Assembly (NCBI GenBank): GCA_029060025.1
Contig: JAIDUV010000037.1
Span: 1,587 to 65,586, forward strand
DNA length: 64,000 bases
Reading direction: 5' to 3'
Source: Clostridia bacterium
Lineage (GTDB): Bacteria > Bacillota > Clostridia > Christensenellales > UBA3700
The notes beneath the pieces were generated by a model, which saw only the letters and a list, made by a program, of their open reading frames with translations, was not told the origin of the DNA and did no database searches. The translations under genes and the position numbers were made by a program. Positions within the stretch are counted from its first letter, which is position 1, and every line of letters begins with the position of its first letter. This document shows positions 1 to 10,318 of the stretch, one piece after another.

Positions 1-3000
1 TCGTCCAAAAGTCAAGTAGACGAGGCTGACGGCGAAATATATGAAGTTTTTGAGAAGTTGTCGGAGTATGAAAACGTCAATATTTTTGTGCGCAAGCGTC
101 AAAATATCGGCGGTGTATGGAAAGCGTATGAAAGAAAGCGCGGCGCTACCAATGCGCTAAATAGCGCTCTAATAAGCGGAAATTGGCAAGATTTTTGTTA
201 CGTTCTGAGACAACAGCAAAAACCTAACTTTGTCTTGCTGCTTGATGAAGATAATACTCTTATGCCGGGCGGTGTAAAAAGAGCCGTCAATACAATGCTG
301 CATCCTTTAAATGCAAAATACACTTTGCTTACTTTTTCGTCAAGATACAAACTGTCTTCGCTGACTACGCCTTGGACCAAACGTTACGCTTTGGACAGCG
401 GAGTGGACAGTTATTGCAATTACGGAGATTTTTATTACAAGATCTCTGGCAACGCTATCTATTGCGGAAAAGGTATATACAGATTGGACGAATACGTCGA
501 TAAGTTGCAGGGTAAGTTGCCTGACGGCAAGATACTTAGTCACGATATTATCGAAGGCGCGATAGTGTTTGCCGGAAGTTTGTCTGCGCCGACTTATGAA
601 GACGCTCCCACTGGATTTGTAAGTCACGTCGTAAGACAAAATAGATGGCAAAGAGGAGATATACTTCTTTTTCCGTATATTTTCTCTAAAAAAGTAACAC
701 AGCCGTTTTATAGATACGTAATGGCTTTCAATATAATTAAGACAGTCTTGCCTATATGTCAGTTTGCATTGTTGGCAATGTTGATTCTGACAGGACAGTT
801 GTGGCTATTACTACCTTTTGCAATAAGTTTTTTGGGGATATATCTCATAAGATTCGGACTGTGTCTCAACGCGCTAAACTACGGTAAGCGTATGAGATAC
901 GTACTTTGCCAATTCGCAGGCGAAGTGGGTGAAATGATATACGACTTCTTGATGTTGCCGTTTGAAGCAACTCAAAGCGTATTGCTTTGGCTTAAAATGA
1001 TATTCAAACTTATATTTGACAGAAAAAATCTCTTGGAGTGGAAGACTTTTTATTCTACACAGAGAGGAAATACGCTTTCAAAATATATCGGACTGATATT
1101 GCCGAGTTGCATTTTGTCCATAGTTTTGGCGGCAATATTCTTTGATAATATTATATTTTTATCATATATTGCTATATTCGTAGTATTTATTTTGTCGATT
1201 TACGTTTTGGGTATCAAAAGAGATAAGGCAAAAGATCTAAGTCAGTCCAACGAAGAATTTTTGCGCAATTTAGCAAACGACACTTTGCAATATTTTGAAA
1301 GAAATATGCAAGAAAAACGTCTGATATGCGACAATTATCAAGTATTTCCCAAGCGCGGAGCAAATTCTTTCACCTCTCCGACTAATATAGGCTTTGCGTT
1401 GTTGTCAATAATTTGTTCTCACAAGTTGGATAGGATTTCGCAGGAGACTGCTATTGACAAACTCAAAGAACAAATAGATATTATCGAAAGTTTGGAAAAG
1501 TATGAGGGGCATCTGTATAATTGGTATAGCCTTGCCACGCAAAAACCGCTTAGTCCATATTTTGTATCAAGCGTAGACAGCGGAAATTTTGTTGCCTGTC
1601 TTATCACAGTCAAGTCTTTTGTCAAGGATGTTGACAAGACTTTATATGCAAGAGTTGTCAAAATTATTGACGACTGTAATTTCGACGCGCTATTTGACGA
1701 CTCCAAAGGCAAGTTTTATATAGGTTATAACAAAGAGCAAAACAAGTTTGAAGGACATTACGATATGTTGGCGTCAGAAGCAAGGACTCTTTGCTATATT
1801 GCGTCGTGTATCAAGGGAAATACTGCGTACTTCAACGGCTTGGCGAGAAATATAATTAAACTCAAGGGCAATACCTTGGTGTCTTGGTCGGGCACGGCAT
1901 TTGAGTACTTGATGCCGCAGATATTCTTAAGTGACTGCAAAGGCAGTCTGTTGACAAAAAGTTGCCATAATATCATAGATATTATGTCCAAATCAAAGTG
2001 CGGAGACGTATGGGGTATAAGCGAAAGTTGCTATTTTGAATTTAATGAAGAAAACAGTTATAAATATCTGGCATTCGGTGTAAGTAGCATTAGCCTCAAT
2101 GCGACAAAAGATAGGTGTGTTATATCTCCGTATTCTTCTGCGCTTGCTTTAAAATACGCTCCCGAAAAGGCTATTAAAAACCTCAAAAAACTTGTCGATA
2201 TGGGAATGAAAACCACGCTTGGTATGTACGAGGCTATAGATTTTACTAATGGGACGAATATCGTCGCGACGTTGATGTCGCACCATCAAGGAATGTTGCT
2301 TTGCTCAGTTGTCAATACGCTTTTTGACGATTATTTGGTTAAGTTGTTTATGGGTGACCACGCAATGTCAGGCGGCAAAATGATGCTTGAAGAAAAAATG
2401 CCGACGTCTAAGAGTAAGTCCACTAAGAAATTTGACGCAGTGTATGACGCAAAGACAGCCAATGGGTATTCCAGAATTGGTGAATGTAGCGGATTTCCTA
2501 TCGTCAACGCGCTTACCAATGGGCATTATAGCGTCGTAAGCAATTCTCACGGCGGCGGATATTCATTTGCCAAAGGCAAGTATATCGACAAATTCAGCGC
2601 AGATATTTATGATAATAAAGGCTCGTTCTTTTATATTAGTGACGGCAAAGAACTTTATTGTCCAACTTATGCACCTATGTATAAGCACAAGTGCCAATAT
2701 GATTTTTCGCCGTTTGAAAGTAAGTACGTCAATTTGGATAAAAATTGTCAGATGAGCATATTCATACCGCAACACTTAAATTGCGAAGTGCGGAAGATAA
2801 CCGTCACCAATAAGGAAAATACCGTGGAGAAATACACTTGCGGATTTTGCGGAGAACTTGCTCTTAATGACTTTGGCGGTATGGTATCGCATCCGGCGTT
2901 CAACGATATGTTTGTGTCTACGTCGTATGATGAAAGATTGGATTCTCTCATTGCAAAGCGTACTGCAAGAAGTTTTCACGGAGATTGTTACGCGTCATTA

Positions 3001-6000
3001 TCCGTACTCGGCGTGGAAAATCTCAAATACGAAAGCAATCTGGCAAACTTCATAGGAAGAGAAGGCGGCTTTGACTCTCCGAAAATATTCAAAGACGGAA
3101 AAACGTCGGGAGTATCCGTCGGAGACGTGCTCAATCCCTGTCTTGGCTTTGTCGGTGAGATCACGCTTAATCCCGGAGAGAGCAAGAGCGTGTATTGTGT
3201 GATTGCTTATGATAATGACGTCAATGCCTTGAAAAACGTTGTTGAACAGGCTAGGTCTACGGATTTTGCAAAGTACGCTTATGAGAGCGCCAAGTTGACG
3301 GCTTTGTCAAAGACATATAAATATCAATTGAACGATAAAATCAGCGATTTGATTTGCAGGCTGTCCACGAGAGTGTTGTATGTTCCATACGATAGAGAGA
3401 AGTTGAGCGAAATCGTAAGCAACTATGCTCAAAATTTGCCTATGTCTTTGGATAAATCTACAAAATATATATATTTTGGTTATTATAATCAAGATGAAAA
3501 ATTTAAAAATCTTATATATTCCGTTATATATATGAATATGGCGTCAATAAAATGCAATCTCGTCGTGGCGTACAACGCAAGGCAAAAGGATAGGGAGCAT
3601 ATTCTCAAAAACTTTATAGATTTGACGAATATCGGAGACTTGTTGAGTTTGAATTGCTTAAGATTTTTGAATATAGAGGGTATGGACGTCGGAGTGGTCG
3701 AAGAAATTAAGCGCAATGCTTTTATAGTCTTGGACAATATTCCCAAGAAAGGGGAGAAAAACGACGACAATTTTAGCAGCGTGACAATTCCTATTCTTGA
3801 AAAAGGCGAAAACGTGTCAAAGCGTTCGGTCATATATAGCGCAGTCAATGTAGATATTGTCAAGCCGTGCTCGGCAGGCGGATTTGATAAAGATGGTAAC
3901 TATATTGTCACGTCTACTCCCGATCTGCCTTATTCCAACGTTATTTGCGGAGAAAAAGGCGGTTTTGTTGTGACTCAAAACGGCGGAGGATTTGATTACT
4001 TTGACAACAGTAATTTAAATCGAGTTACAAAATTTGAAAACAATCCGATATTTGACACGCCGTGCGAAGAGTTGTACGTAGATATTGACGGCAATATGCA
4101 AAGACTCAACAAACTTGTCAAAGGCGGCTGTGTTAAGCACGGAATTGGATATACGCAATTTTGCGGAATTGCCAACCAGTTGAAATACTGCGTCGAAGAG
4201 GGAATAATCAAAGACGGTCGAGGCAAATACGTTAAACTCAACCTGTCTAAGGAAAGAGAAAATATAAATACTCAAGTATTGTTTTCGCTCAACGCTATGT
4301 TGGGAGATCTGCCTGTCAATCAAATGCTCTTTGACGAAAAGGTAGACGACAGAACTATCAAGATTACCAATGCTTTCAACAATCAAAGCGTGTTTGTAAA
4401 GTGCAACGTAGAAGTTGAGTTGTTGCCTAGCAAGGCAAGTTTTAAGACGCTTGGCGGTGAGGTCTTCGTGTCGGAATATAAAGGGGATTGCAATCTTGCA
4501 TCTCACGCTATGTTGACAAGACAATTGGGCGGCAGAAATATCGAAATCAAATTCTTGATAGCAAAAGAATATGAATTTTTGACGTCAATCAAATTGGAAA
4601 ATCTCAACGACCATATTCTTGAACAAAAGTATAAATTTGCAGATTTAAACAAATTTGAACTGTGTTCAAAAGATAAAAATCTCAATTTGCTTTTCAATAA
4701 GTGGCTGGCTTATCAAGTGGTGTCAAGCCGTATCAACGGCAAGTGCGGCTATTATCAGGCAGGCGGAGCAATCGGATTTAGGGACCAACTTCAAGATATG
4801 TTGACAATGCTCTATATCGACACAGAGCGCGTAAAAAATCATATTTTATTGTCTGCTGAACATCAGTACCTAGAAGGAGACGTTCAACATTGGTGGCACG
4901 GAGATTGCTTTGGAGTGAGGACGCATATCACCGATGACAGATTGTTTTTGCCGCTATTGACATTTGAATATATAGACTTCACAGGTGATAATATGATATT
5001 GAACACTGTTCAGAAATATCTTATTTCACTTCCTCTAGAAGAGCGAGCGGAAAGCAGATTGGAAGTGCCGCAAAAAAGTCAAGTGGGCGAAAGTTTGCTC
5101 TCTCATATCAAGAGAGCAATTGACGCAACTTTGAATTACGGAGAGAGAGGGCTGTTGCTTATAGGCGGCGGAGATTGGAACGACGCTCTCAACGAGATAG
5201 GTATGCAAAACAAGGGCGAGAGTGTATGGCTGAGTATGCTTATGCTGCACGTATTGCGTAAGTTTGTCAAATACCTAGACTTTGACAGAAGACAGGAGTA
5301 TCTTGCGCATATCGAAAATCTTCAACTTGCATTGAACAAGTGTTTTAAGGATGGGTATTTTATGCGCGCTACGACAGATTACGGCGAAGAGTTGGGAGTC
5401 AAATCTAATCCGCGTTTTACAAAGGACATTCTTTGTCAGAGTTGGAGCGTGATTGCATCAGTGTCGTCAAAGAGCGTGCAGACTCAAGCGCTGCAAAGCG
5501 TAAGCGATCTTATCGACAGCAAGGCGGGAATAATCAAGTTGCTTTCTCCTGCGCAGACCAAAGATATGTATTACGGATATATCTCTTCATATCCAAGGGG
5601 CGTAAGAGAAAACGGCGGACAGTACACCCACGCTGCGGCTTGGTACGTCAAAGCGGCGGCGCTGTCTGACAGCGTAATCTACACAGGCGAGAGAAAATAT
5701 ACCCCTCACAATTTACTTGATATGCTCAATCCGATTGCAAAAAATTCTTCGATTGAAGGCGCAGAAATGTATAAAGGCGAGCCGTACGTCCTTGCCGGTG
5801 ACGTATATTCAAATCAAGACAACTACGGCAGAATGGGTTGGAGTTGGTATAGCGGCAGCGCAAGTATACTGTATGACACGGTAGTGAGAGACTTTATAGG
5901 TATCAATATACAGGGTAAAATCATATCATTTAGCCGACCGAAATTTGACGATTGGCAAGGAATGAGCGTGACCTATAAATATAAAGGAACAGTTTATTTT

Positions 6001-6132
6001 ATTGAGTTTGACGAAGGCAAAGAGGACTGTATAGAAGTGCAGGGCGTAAGAATTAAGGGAGATACGGCTATTGCGCTCGAAGAAAACGCAGGCAAAAAGC
6101 AACTCAAGGTTGTATTTTCCAATAAAATATAA
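1..6132 (+). CDS. Cyclic beta-1,2-glucan synthase-like giant multidomain protein (5'-partial, N-terminus outside window)
   Basis: Frame 1 is open from nt 1, with no stop before the TTG at 58. Processive glycosyltransferase motifs DEDNTL and QNRWQRGD are followed by a block of hydrophobic helices. The middle is an (alpha/alpha)6 glucanase-like region (TSPTNIGFAL, NWYS). The C-terminus is a GH94-type phosphorylase module (GFRDQLQD, GGGDWNDALN, ENGGQYTHAAAW). Confidence 0.8.
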   Translation, partial: SSKSQVDEADGEIYEVFEKLSEYENVNIFVRKRQNIGGVWKAYERKRGATNALNSALISGNWQDFCYVLRQQQKPNFVLLLDEDNTLMPGGVKRAVNTMLHPLNAKYTLLTFSSRYKLSSLTTPWTKRYALDSGVDSYCNYGDFYYKISGNAIYCGKGIYRLDEYVDKLQGKLPDGKILSHDIIEGAIVFAGSLSAPTYEDAPTGFVSHVVRQNRWQRGDILLFPYIFSKKVTQPFYRYVMAFNIIKTVLPICQFALLAMLILTGQLWLLLPFAISFLGIYLIRFGLCLNALNYGKRMRYVLCQFAGEVGEMIYDFLMLPFEATQSVLLWLKMIFKLIFDRKNLLEWKTFYSTQRGNTLSKYIGLILPSCILSIVLAAIFFDNIIFLSYIAIFVVFILSIYVLGIKRDKAKDLSQSNEEFLRNLANDTLQYFERNMQEKRLICDNYQVFPKRGANSFTSPTNIGFALLSIICSHKLDRISQETAIDKLKEQIDIIESLEKYEGHLYNWYSLATQKPLSPYFVSSVDSGNFVACLITVKSFVKDVDKTLYARVVKIIDDCNFDALFDDSKGKFYIGYNKEQNKFEGHYDMLASEARTLCYIASCIKGNTAYFNGLARNIIKLKGNTLVSWSGTAFEYLMPQIFLSDCKGSLLTKSCHNIIDIMSKSKCGDVWGISESCYFEFNEENSYKYLAFGVSSISLNATKDRCVISPYSSALALKYAPEKAIKNLKKLVDMGMKTTLGMYEAIDFTNGTNIVATLMSHHQGMLLCSVVNTLFDDYLVKLFMGDHAMSGGKMMLEEKMPTSKSKSTKKFDAVYDAKTANGYSRIGECSGFPIVNALTNGHYSVVSNSHGGGYSFAKGKYIDKFSADIYDNKGSFFYISDGKELYCPTYAPMYKHKCQYDFSPFESKYVNLDKNCQMSIFIPQHLNCEVRKITVTNKENTVEKYTCGFCGELALNDFGGMVSHPAFNDMFVSTSYDERLDSLIAKRTARSFHGDCYASLSVLGVENLKYESNLANFIGREGGFDSPKIFKDGKTSGVSVGDVLNPCLGFVGEITLNPGESKSVYCVIAYDNDVNALKNVVEQARSTDFAKYAYESAKLTALSKTYKYQLNDKISDLICRLSTRVLYVPYDREKLSEIVSNYAQNLPMSLDKSTKYIYFGYYNQDEKFKNLIYSVIYMNMASIKCNLVVAYNARQKDREHILKNFIDLTNIGDLLSLNCLRFLNIEGMDVGVVEEIKRNAFIVLDNIPKKGEKNDDNFSSVTIPILEKGENVSKRSVIYSAVNVDIVKPCSAGGFDKDGNYIVTSTPDLPYSNVICGEKGGFVVTQNGGGFDYFDNSNLNRVTKFENNPIFDTPCEELYVDIDGNMQRLNKLVKGGCVKHGIGYTQFCGIANQLKYCVEEGIIKDGRGKYVKLNLSKERENINTQVLFSLNAMLGDLPVNQMLFDEKVDDRTIKITNAFNNQSVFVKCNVEVELLPSKASFKTLGGEVFVSEYKGDCNLASHAMLTRQLGGRNIEIKFLIAKEYEFLTSIKLENLNDHILEQKYKFADLNKFELCSKDKNLNLLFNKWLAYQVVSSRINGKCGYYQAGGAIGFRDQLQDMLTMLYIDTERVKNHILLSAEHQYLEGDVQHWWHGDCFGVRTHITDDRLFLPLLTFEYIDFTGDNMILNTVQKYLISLPLEERAESRLEVPQKSQVGESLLSHIKRAIDATLNYGERGLLLIGGGDWNDALNEIGMQNKGESVWLSMLMLHVLRKFVKYLDFDRRQEYLAHIENLQLALNKCFKDGYFMRATTDYGEELGVKSNPRFTKDILCQSWSVIASVSSKSVQTQALQSVSDLIDSKAGIIKLLSPAQTKDMYYGYISSYPRGVRENGGQYTHAAAWYVKAAALSDSVIYTGERKYTPHNLLDMLNPIAKNSSIEGAEMYKGEPYVLAGDVYSNQDNYGRMGWSWYSGSASILYDTVVRDFIGINIQGKIISFSRPKFDDWQGMSVTYKYKGTVYFIEFDEGKEDCIEVQGVRIKGDTAIALEENAGKKQLKVVFSNKI

Positions 6133-6134
6133 GC

Positions 6135-6160
6135 GGGCTTCCCCTAAGGGGAGCCTTTGC
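6135..6160 (+). terminator. Rho-independent terminator after the glucan-synthase-like gene
   Basis: GGCTTCCCC-TAA-GGGGAGCC hairpin followed by TTTGC. A second perfect 10-bp hairpin (TACTATAAAG/CTTTATAGTA) follows at about 6164-6188. Confidence 0.6.
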
Positions 6161-6296
6161 TATTACTATAAAGAAGGACTTTATAGTAATTGTGACTTTA
6201 CTGCCTTATAATAGCGTTTAATTTCGACTTGAACATAATTAAGTGTTCTCTAGTGGCTTTGTATATAAAATATGAACATATATTTATTTAAATTTA

Positions 6297-6326
6297 TTGA
6301 CTTTAAATATTTTATAGATTTATAAT
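6297..6326 (+). promoter_or_regulatory. Sigma-A-type promoter of rarA (TTGACT-N18-TATAAT)
   Basis: TTGACT at 6297-6302 and TATAAT at 6321-6326. The -10 box ends only 6 nt before the rarA ATG. Confidence 0.5.
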
Positions 6327-6332
6327 ATCAAT

Positions 6333-7637
6333 ATGAATTTGTTTGATATAATACAAAAAGATAACGCTCCGCTCGCGGAGAGAATGAGACCCACGACATT
6401 GGACGATTTTGTAGGACAGAGCCATATCGTCGGCAAAAATAGTTTGCTTAGAAGAGCCATTTTGACAGATTCTCTGGGAAGTTGTATATTTTACGGCGCG
6501 CCAGGTTGCGGCAAAACCACGCTTGCAAACATAATAGCAAATACTACGAAGTCTAACTTTGTAAAACTAAACGCGGTATCCTCGGGCATTGCCGATGCCA
6601 AGAAAGTCATTGAGGACGCAAGGCTGGAAAAAGAGAGATACGGCATAAAGACGTATTTGCTTCTCGACGAGTGTCACAGATGGAATAAGGCTCAATCCGA
6701 CTGTATGCTTGAGGCTATCGAAAAAGGTCATATTGTATTTATCGGCTCGACTACGGAAAATCCTTTTGTATCAATGACGAGGGCAATCGTATCGAGGTGC
6801 AGAATATTTGAATTTAAGCCACTTTCTGGCGAGGATATTAAAAATAATCTAAAAAGGGCTCTAAACGATAAAGAAAAGGGATTGGGAAATTATGACGTCA
6901 ACGTCAGCGAAGAAGCGCTCGATCACTTTGTTTGGGCAAGTGACGGAGATATGCGCAACGCGCTCAACGCTTTGGAACTTGCCGTAAAGAGTACTTCTCC
7001 CGATGAAAAAGGCGTAATCGTCATAGACGTATCGGTAGCAGAGCAGTCTTCGCAAAAGAAGTCTATGAGTATAGACGAAAGTATGTATTACGATATGCTT
7101 TCGGCGTTTTGCAAATCATTGAGAGGCAGTGACAGTGATGCCGCGTTGTATTGGGCGGAAAGGCTTATTCAAGCGGGGTGCGACCCAATGCTGATATTGC
7201 GTAGACTGGTCGTGCATAGCAGCGAGGACGTGGGTATGGCTGATCCGCAGGCGCTTGTAATAGCAACCAGCGCTTTGACAGCGTATCAGAATATAGGACT
7301 GCCAGAAGGTAAGATACCTCTTTACAATGCAATAATTTACGTTTGTGAAGCGCCTAAATCCAACAGTGTCGTTATAGCAAAGTATGCCGTAGAGCAAGTC
7401 GTAGCCGAGAGAAAGGACGACAAGGTGCCTGCATATCTTATGGATAAGAATTACAAGGCTCAAAAAATTTCAGGATATAAGTATCCTCACGATTACGGCG
7501 GTTGGGTAGAGCAACAGTATTTGCCGGATTCTTTGAAAGACGAGAGATTTTATCAGCCGTCTCAAAACGGATTTGAAAAGTATTTGATACGAGCAAAAAT
7601 AACCAAGCAAAACAAACCGGAGAATAAAAAGGGATAG
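6333..7637 (+). CDS. rarA: Replication-associated recombination protein A (AAA+ ATPase, MgsA/RarA)
   Basis: PLAERMRPTTLDDFVGQ N-terminus, Walker A GAPGCGKTTLANIIA, Walker B LLLDECHRWNK, MgsA C-terminal motif DAALYWAERLIQAGCDP. Confidence 0.93.
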   Translation: MNLFDIIQKDNAPLAERMRPTTLDDFVGQSHIVGKNSLLRRAILTDSLGSCIFYGAPGCGKTTLANIIANTTKSNFVKLNAVSSGIADAKKVIEDARLEKERYGIKTYLLLDECHRWNKAQSDCMLEAIEKGHIVFIGSTTENPFVSMTRAIVSRCRIFEFKPLSGEDIKNNLKRALNDKEKGLGNYDVNVSEEALDHFVWASDGDMRNALNALELAVKSTSPDEKGVIVIDVSVAEQSSQKKSMSIDESMYYDMLSAFCKSLRGSDSDAALYWAERLIQAGCDPMLILRRLVVHSSEDVGMADPQALVIATSALTAYQNIGLPEGKIPLYNAIIYVCEAPKSNSVVIAKYAVEQVVAERKDDKVPAYLMDKNYKAQKISGYKYPHDYGGWVEQQYLPDSLKDERFYQPSQNGFEKYLIRAKITKQNKPENKKG

Positions 7638-7718
7638 TTTGCTGGTAATTTAATATTTTCAACGTACATTTTTATGTAAAATCTACAAATATTTAGTACA
7701 TTCAACTAAAAAACTGCA

Positions 7719-7747
7719 TTGACGGCATATTGCCTGCAATGTATAAT
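7719..7747 (+). promoter_or_regulatory. Consensus sigma-A promoter (TTGACG-N17-TATAAT) for the ABC transporter pair
   Basis: TTGACG at 7719-7724, a 17-nt spacer, TATAAT at 7742-7747. It is followed by a 5'-terminal stem-loop at 7751-7786. Confidence 0.65.
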
Positions 7748-7808
7748 TGAAGTAAAGTTAAGTTCGGTCGCGAGACCGTCTTTACTTAAAGCAACGAGAG
7801 AGGTTTTT

Positions 7809-8579
7809 ATGAGTGAAATTTTGACTATAACCAATTTGAGCAAAAAGTATAAAGGCAATGACAGGTATTCTGTCAAAGATTTGAGTTTTCAAGTCAAAGA
7901 GGGAGAACTGTTTGCATTTTTGGGACCCAACGGCGCGGGCAAGAGTACTACTATCAAGTGTATCACAGGCGCGTTGCCTTACAGCGAGGGCAATATTAAG
8001 ATTTGCGGACACGATTTGCACGAAAAGCCTATAGACGCAAAGAAAAATATAGGTTACGTGCCTGACAATCACTTTACTTACGATACTATGACAGGTGGAG
8101 AATACGTTAATTTTATGTCGGATATCTACGGTGTGGGCGTCAATGACAGAAAGACAAGAGCCGATAAATACGTCGAACTTTTAGGATTGACGGACGCGAT
8201 TGGCAAACCTATCGGCAGTTATTCTCACGGTATGAAACAAAAAATATGCGTAATAGGCGCATTGATACACAATCCAAAACTTTGGATACTCGACGAGCCT
8301 TTGACGGGACTTGATCCTCAAAGCGCGTATAATCTCAAAGAGTTGATGAAAGAGCATTGCAAAGAGGGCAACAGCGTATTGTTTTCTTCGCATATAATCG
8401 AAGTCGTAGAAAAACTGTGCGACAGACTTGCGATAATTGACAAAGGCAGTCTTATCGTCAGCGGGTCTATGGACGAAATCAGGGCAAAGAATGAGGATAA
8501 TTCTCTTGAAGAGTTCTTCCTGTCGGTTACGCAGGGGGACGTGCTTGTCGGTGATGAGAGCGAAGAATTTAAGTTTTAG
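7809..8579 (+). CDS. ABC transporter ATP-binding protein
   Basis: Walker A GPNGAGKSTT, signature-like YSHGMKQK, Walker B LWILDEPLTGLD. The ATG at 7809 follows GAGAGG. The 7719 start in the ORF track would overlap the promoter. Confidence 0.9.
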   Translation: MSEILTITNLSKKYKGNDRYSVKDLSFQVKEGELFAFLGPNGAGKSTTIKCITGALPYSEGNIKICGHDLHEKPIDAKKNIGYVPDNHFTYDTMTGGEYVNFMSDIYGVGVNDRKTRADKYVELLGLTDAIGKPIGSYSHGMKQKICVIGALIHNPKLWILDEPLTGLDPQSAYNLKELMKEHCKEGNSVLFSSHIIEVVEKLCDRLAIIDKGSLIVSGSMDEIRAKNEDNSLEEFFLSVTQGDVLVGDESEEFKF

Positions 8580-8588
8580 AGGTGGTGT

Positions 8589-10274
8589 ATGACTGCATTT
8601 TTTGCATTGACTAAACAATTGATAAAAAGCACGCTAAAGCCTAGTTTTAAAGATGAAAAAGAGAAGAAAAAATATATTGGCACGTATATAGCGTTGACAG
8701 TGTGTATGGGTATTCCGTATATAATAATGTTGGTAAGTATATATGGGCTTGTCAAAGCGTCTGCAGAACTTGGATATCTTGCCGAGATATTGTCAATTGG
8801 CTTTTTTATGAGTCAGTTGTTGACGTTTTTCTTTGGGCTTTTTAAGTATATCAACATAATGTATTTTAGCAAAGACAACGAATTTTTGTTTACGTTGCCG
8901 CTCAAATCAGTGAGTATATTCTGGGCAAAATTCATTACGGTTTTGCTTTATGAATTGATTTTTTCACTATTGACTGTAATTCCAGTCTGCATAGTAACCA
9001 TTATCGCAATGGCAACTTTGGGAGACTTTAGCGTAGGGATATTATTGATGATGTTGCCTGCGACTATATTGTTACCAATTATGGCAATACTCGTCATTGC
9101 TTTGCTTTCTTTCCCAATAATGAAGATTATGCAATTCTTTAAAAACCGTCCTATATTGGGAGCGGTATTTACCGTAATATTTGTTGTCGCAATATACGTC
9201 GCGATATATCTTCCTATCATACTAAATACTCCCAACATAGACGGCTCGGAGATAGGAAGCGGAGCGGCAGATAATGCCGGTGAAAGCATATCAATGGGAG
9301 AGATGTACGTTGCATTATTGCCGTCGGTTGCGCCTATAGGCAAGTATTTTTATCACACTTATTTGCTTGCAATGTCTATGACTGTCGGCGGAGTAAAGGC
9401 GTTTGGTTACGCAATGGCATTCATAGGTATAGTCGTAGTATTGGCTACGCTTGGCACGTTGCTGGCAATGTGGCAGTTTAAGAGAATTTCGCAAGGCGTG
9501 TATGAGAATAACGGTGCGACTGCGTCTTCTAAAAAACAAGGCGAAGTCAAACAGGCGTCACTCAAAAAAGCGCTTATTAAGAAAGAATTTTCAAGCGTGC
9601 TTAAGTCGAGCAATTTGCTGATACAAAGCGGTATGATGGTGATATTGCCGCCTGTACTGATATTTTTCGTTGGCAAAATGCAATCCAATATGACTAATTC
9701 TTTTGTCGGACTTGCCGTGGCGGAGTTGATAATCAAACTTATGACGAGTTCTAATACTATAAGCATACTTGCCGTGTCAAGAGACGGAGAGGGCGCGTTG
9801 ATGGCAAAGACTATGCCGATAAGCGCACAGCAAATCGTATGGTCAAAGATTTTCGTCGGTTTTGTGTTCTCGGCAATTACCGTAGTATTGTCGACCGTAG
9901 CCTTTGCTTTCATTGGCGGGGTAAATGTTTTGCAAGTATTAGGTTTCTTCATATCCAATATAATTTACGCTTGGTCGGTCAACAGATTTTGCGTATACCG
10001 CGATCTCAAAAAGCCGCGAGTGCATTGGAAAAATATCGAAGAGATAATCAAAAACAACTTCGCAAGCGTAATACCTATGTTCTTGGCATTTATACCCGGA
10101 CTTCTCGTAATGGCGCCGACAATGGTATACGGAATTGTGCTTACTGGTCTCAATCCTTACGTAATCGGAGCAATCTATAGTGCAACTACGCTTTTGGTCA
10201 GCGGAGTATATTACCTTGTTGTCAGAGCGCTTAGCAAAGGCAACGTCGAAGAGTTGTGGGATAGAATCGAGTAA
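8589..10274 (+). CDS. ABC exporter permease-like polytopic membrane protein
   Basis: 561 aa with many hydrophobic helices. It starts 10 nt after the ATPase gene with an AGAGGTGG Shine-Dalgarno sequence. Confidence 0.7.
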   Translation: MTAFFALTKQLIKSTLKPSFKDEKEKKKYIGTYIALTVCMGIPYIIMLVSIYGLVKASAELGYLAEILSIGFFMSQLLTFFFGLFKYINIMYFSKDNEFLFTLPLKSVSIFWAKFITVLLYELIFSLLTVIPVCIVTIIAMATLGDFSVGILLMMLPATILLPIMAILVIALLSFPIMKIMQFFKNRPILGAVFTVIFVVAIYVAIYLPIILNTPNIDGSEIGSGAADNAGESISMGEMYVALLPSVAPIGKYFYHTYLLAMSMTVGGVKAFGYAMAFIGIVVVLATLGTLLAMWQFKRISQGVYENNGATASSKKQGEVKQASLKKALIKKEFSSVLKSSNLLIQSGMMVILPPVLIFFVGKMQSNMTNSFVGLAVAELIIKLMTSSNTISILAVSRDGEGALMAKTMPISAQQIVWSKIFVGFVFSAITVVLSTVAFAFIGGVNVLQVLGFFISNIIYAWSVNRFCVYRDLKKPRVHWKNIEEIIKNNFASVIPMFLAFIPGLLVMAPTMVYGIVLTGLNPYVIGAIYSATTLLVSGVYYLVVRALSKGNVEELWDRIE

Positions 10275-10318
10275 AAAATAAATTGACAAAAGCGCTGGGC
10301 TTATGCAATAATTTTGAT

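Noticed and set aside
7719-7808. Upstream extension of the ABC ATPase ORF (ORF-track start at 7719)
   Set aside because: The extension would begin inside a consensus promoter and encodes non-conserved residues. The ATG at 7809, with a GAGAGG Shine-Dalgarno sequence, gives the canonical MSEILTITNLSKKY ABC N-terminus. Similar upstream extensions were trimmed for ruvX, rpsB, pyrH, spoIIIAE, spoIIIAH, asp23, xseB, argR and rnhA.
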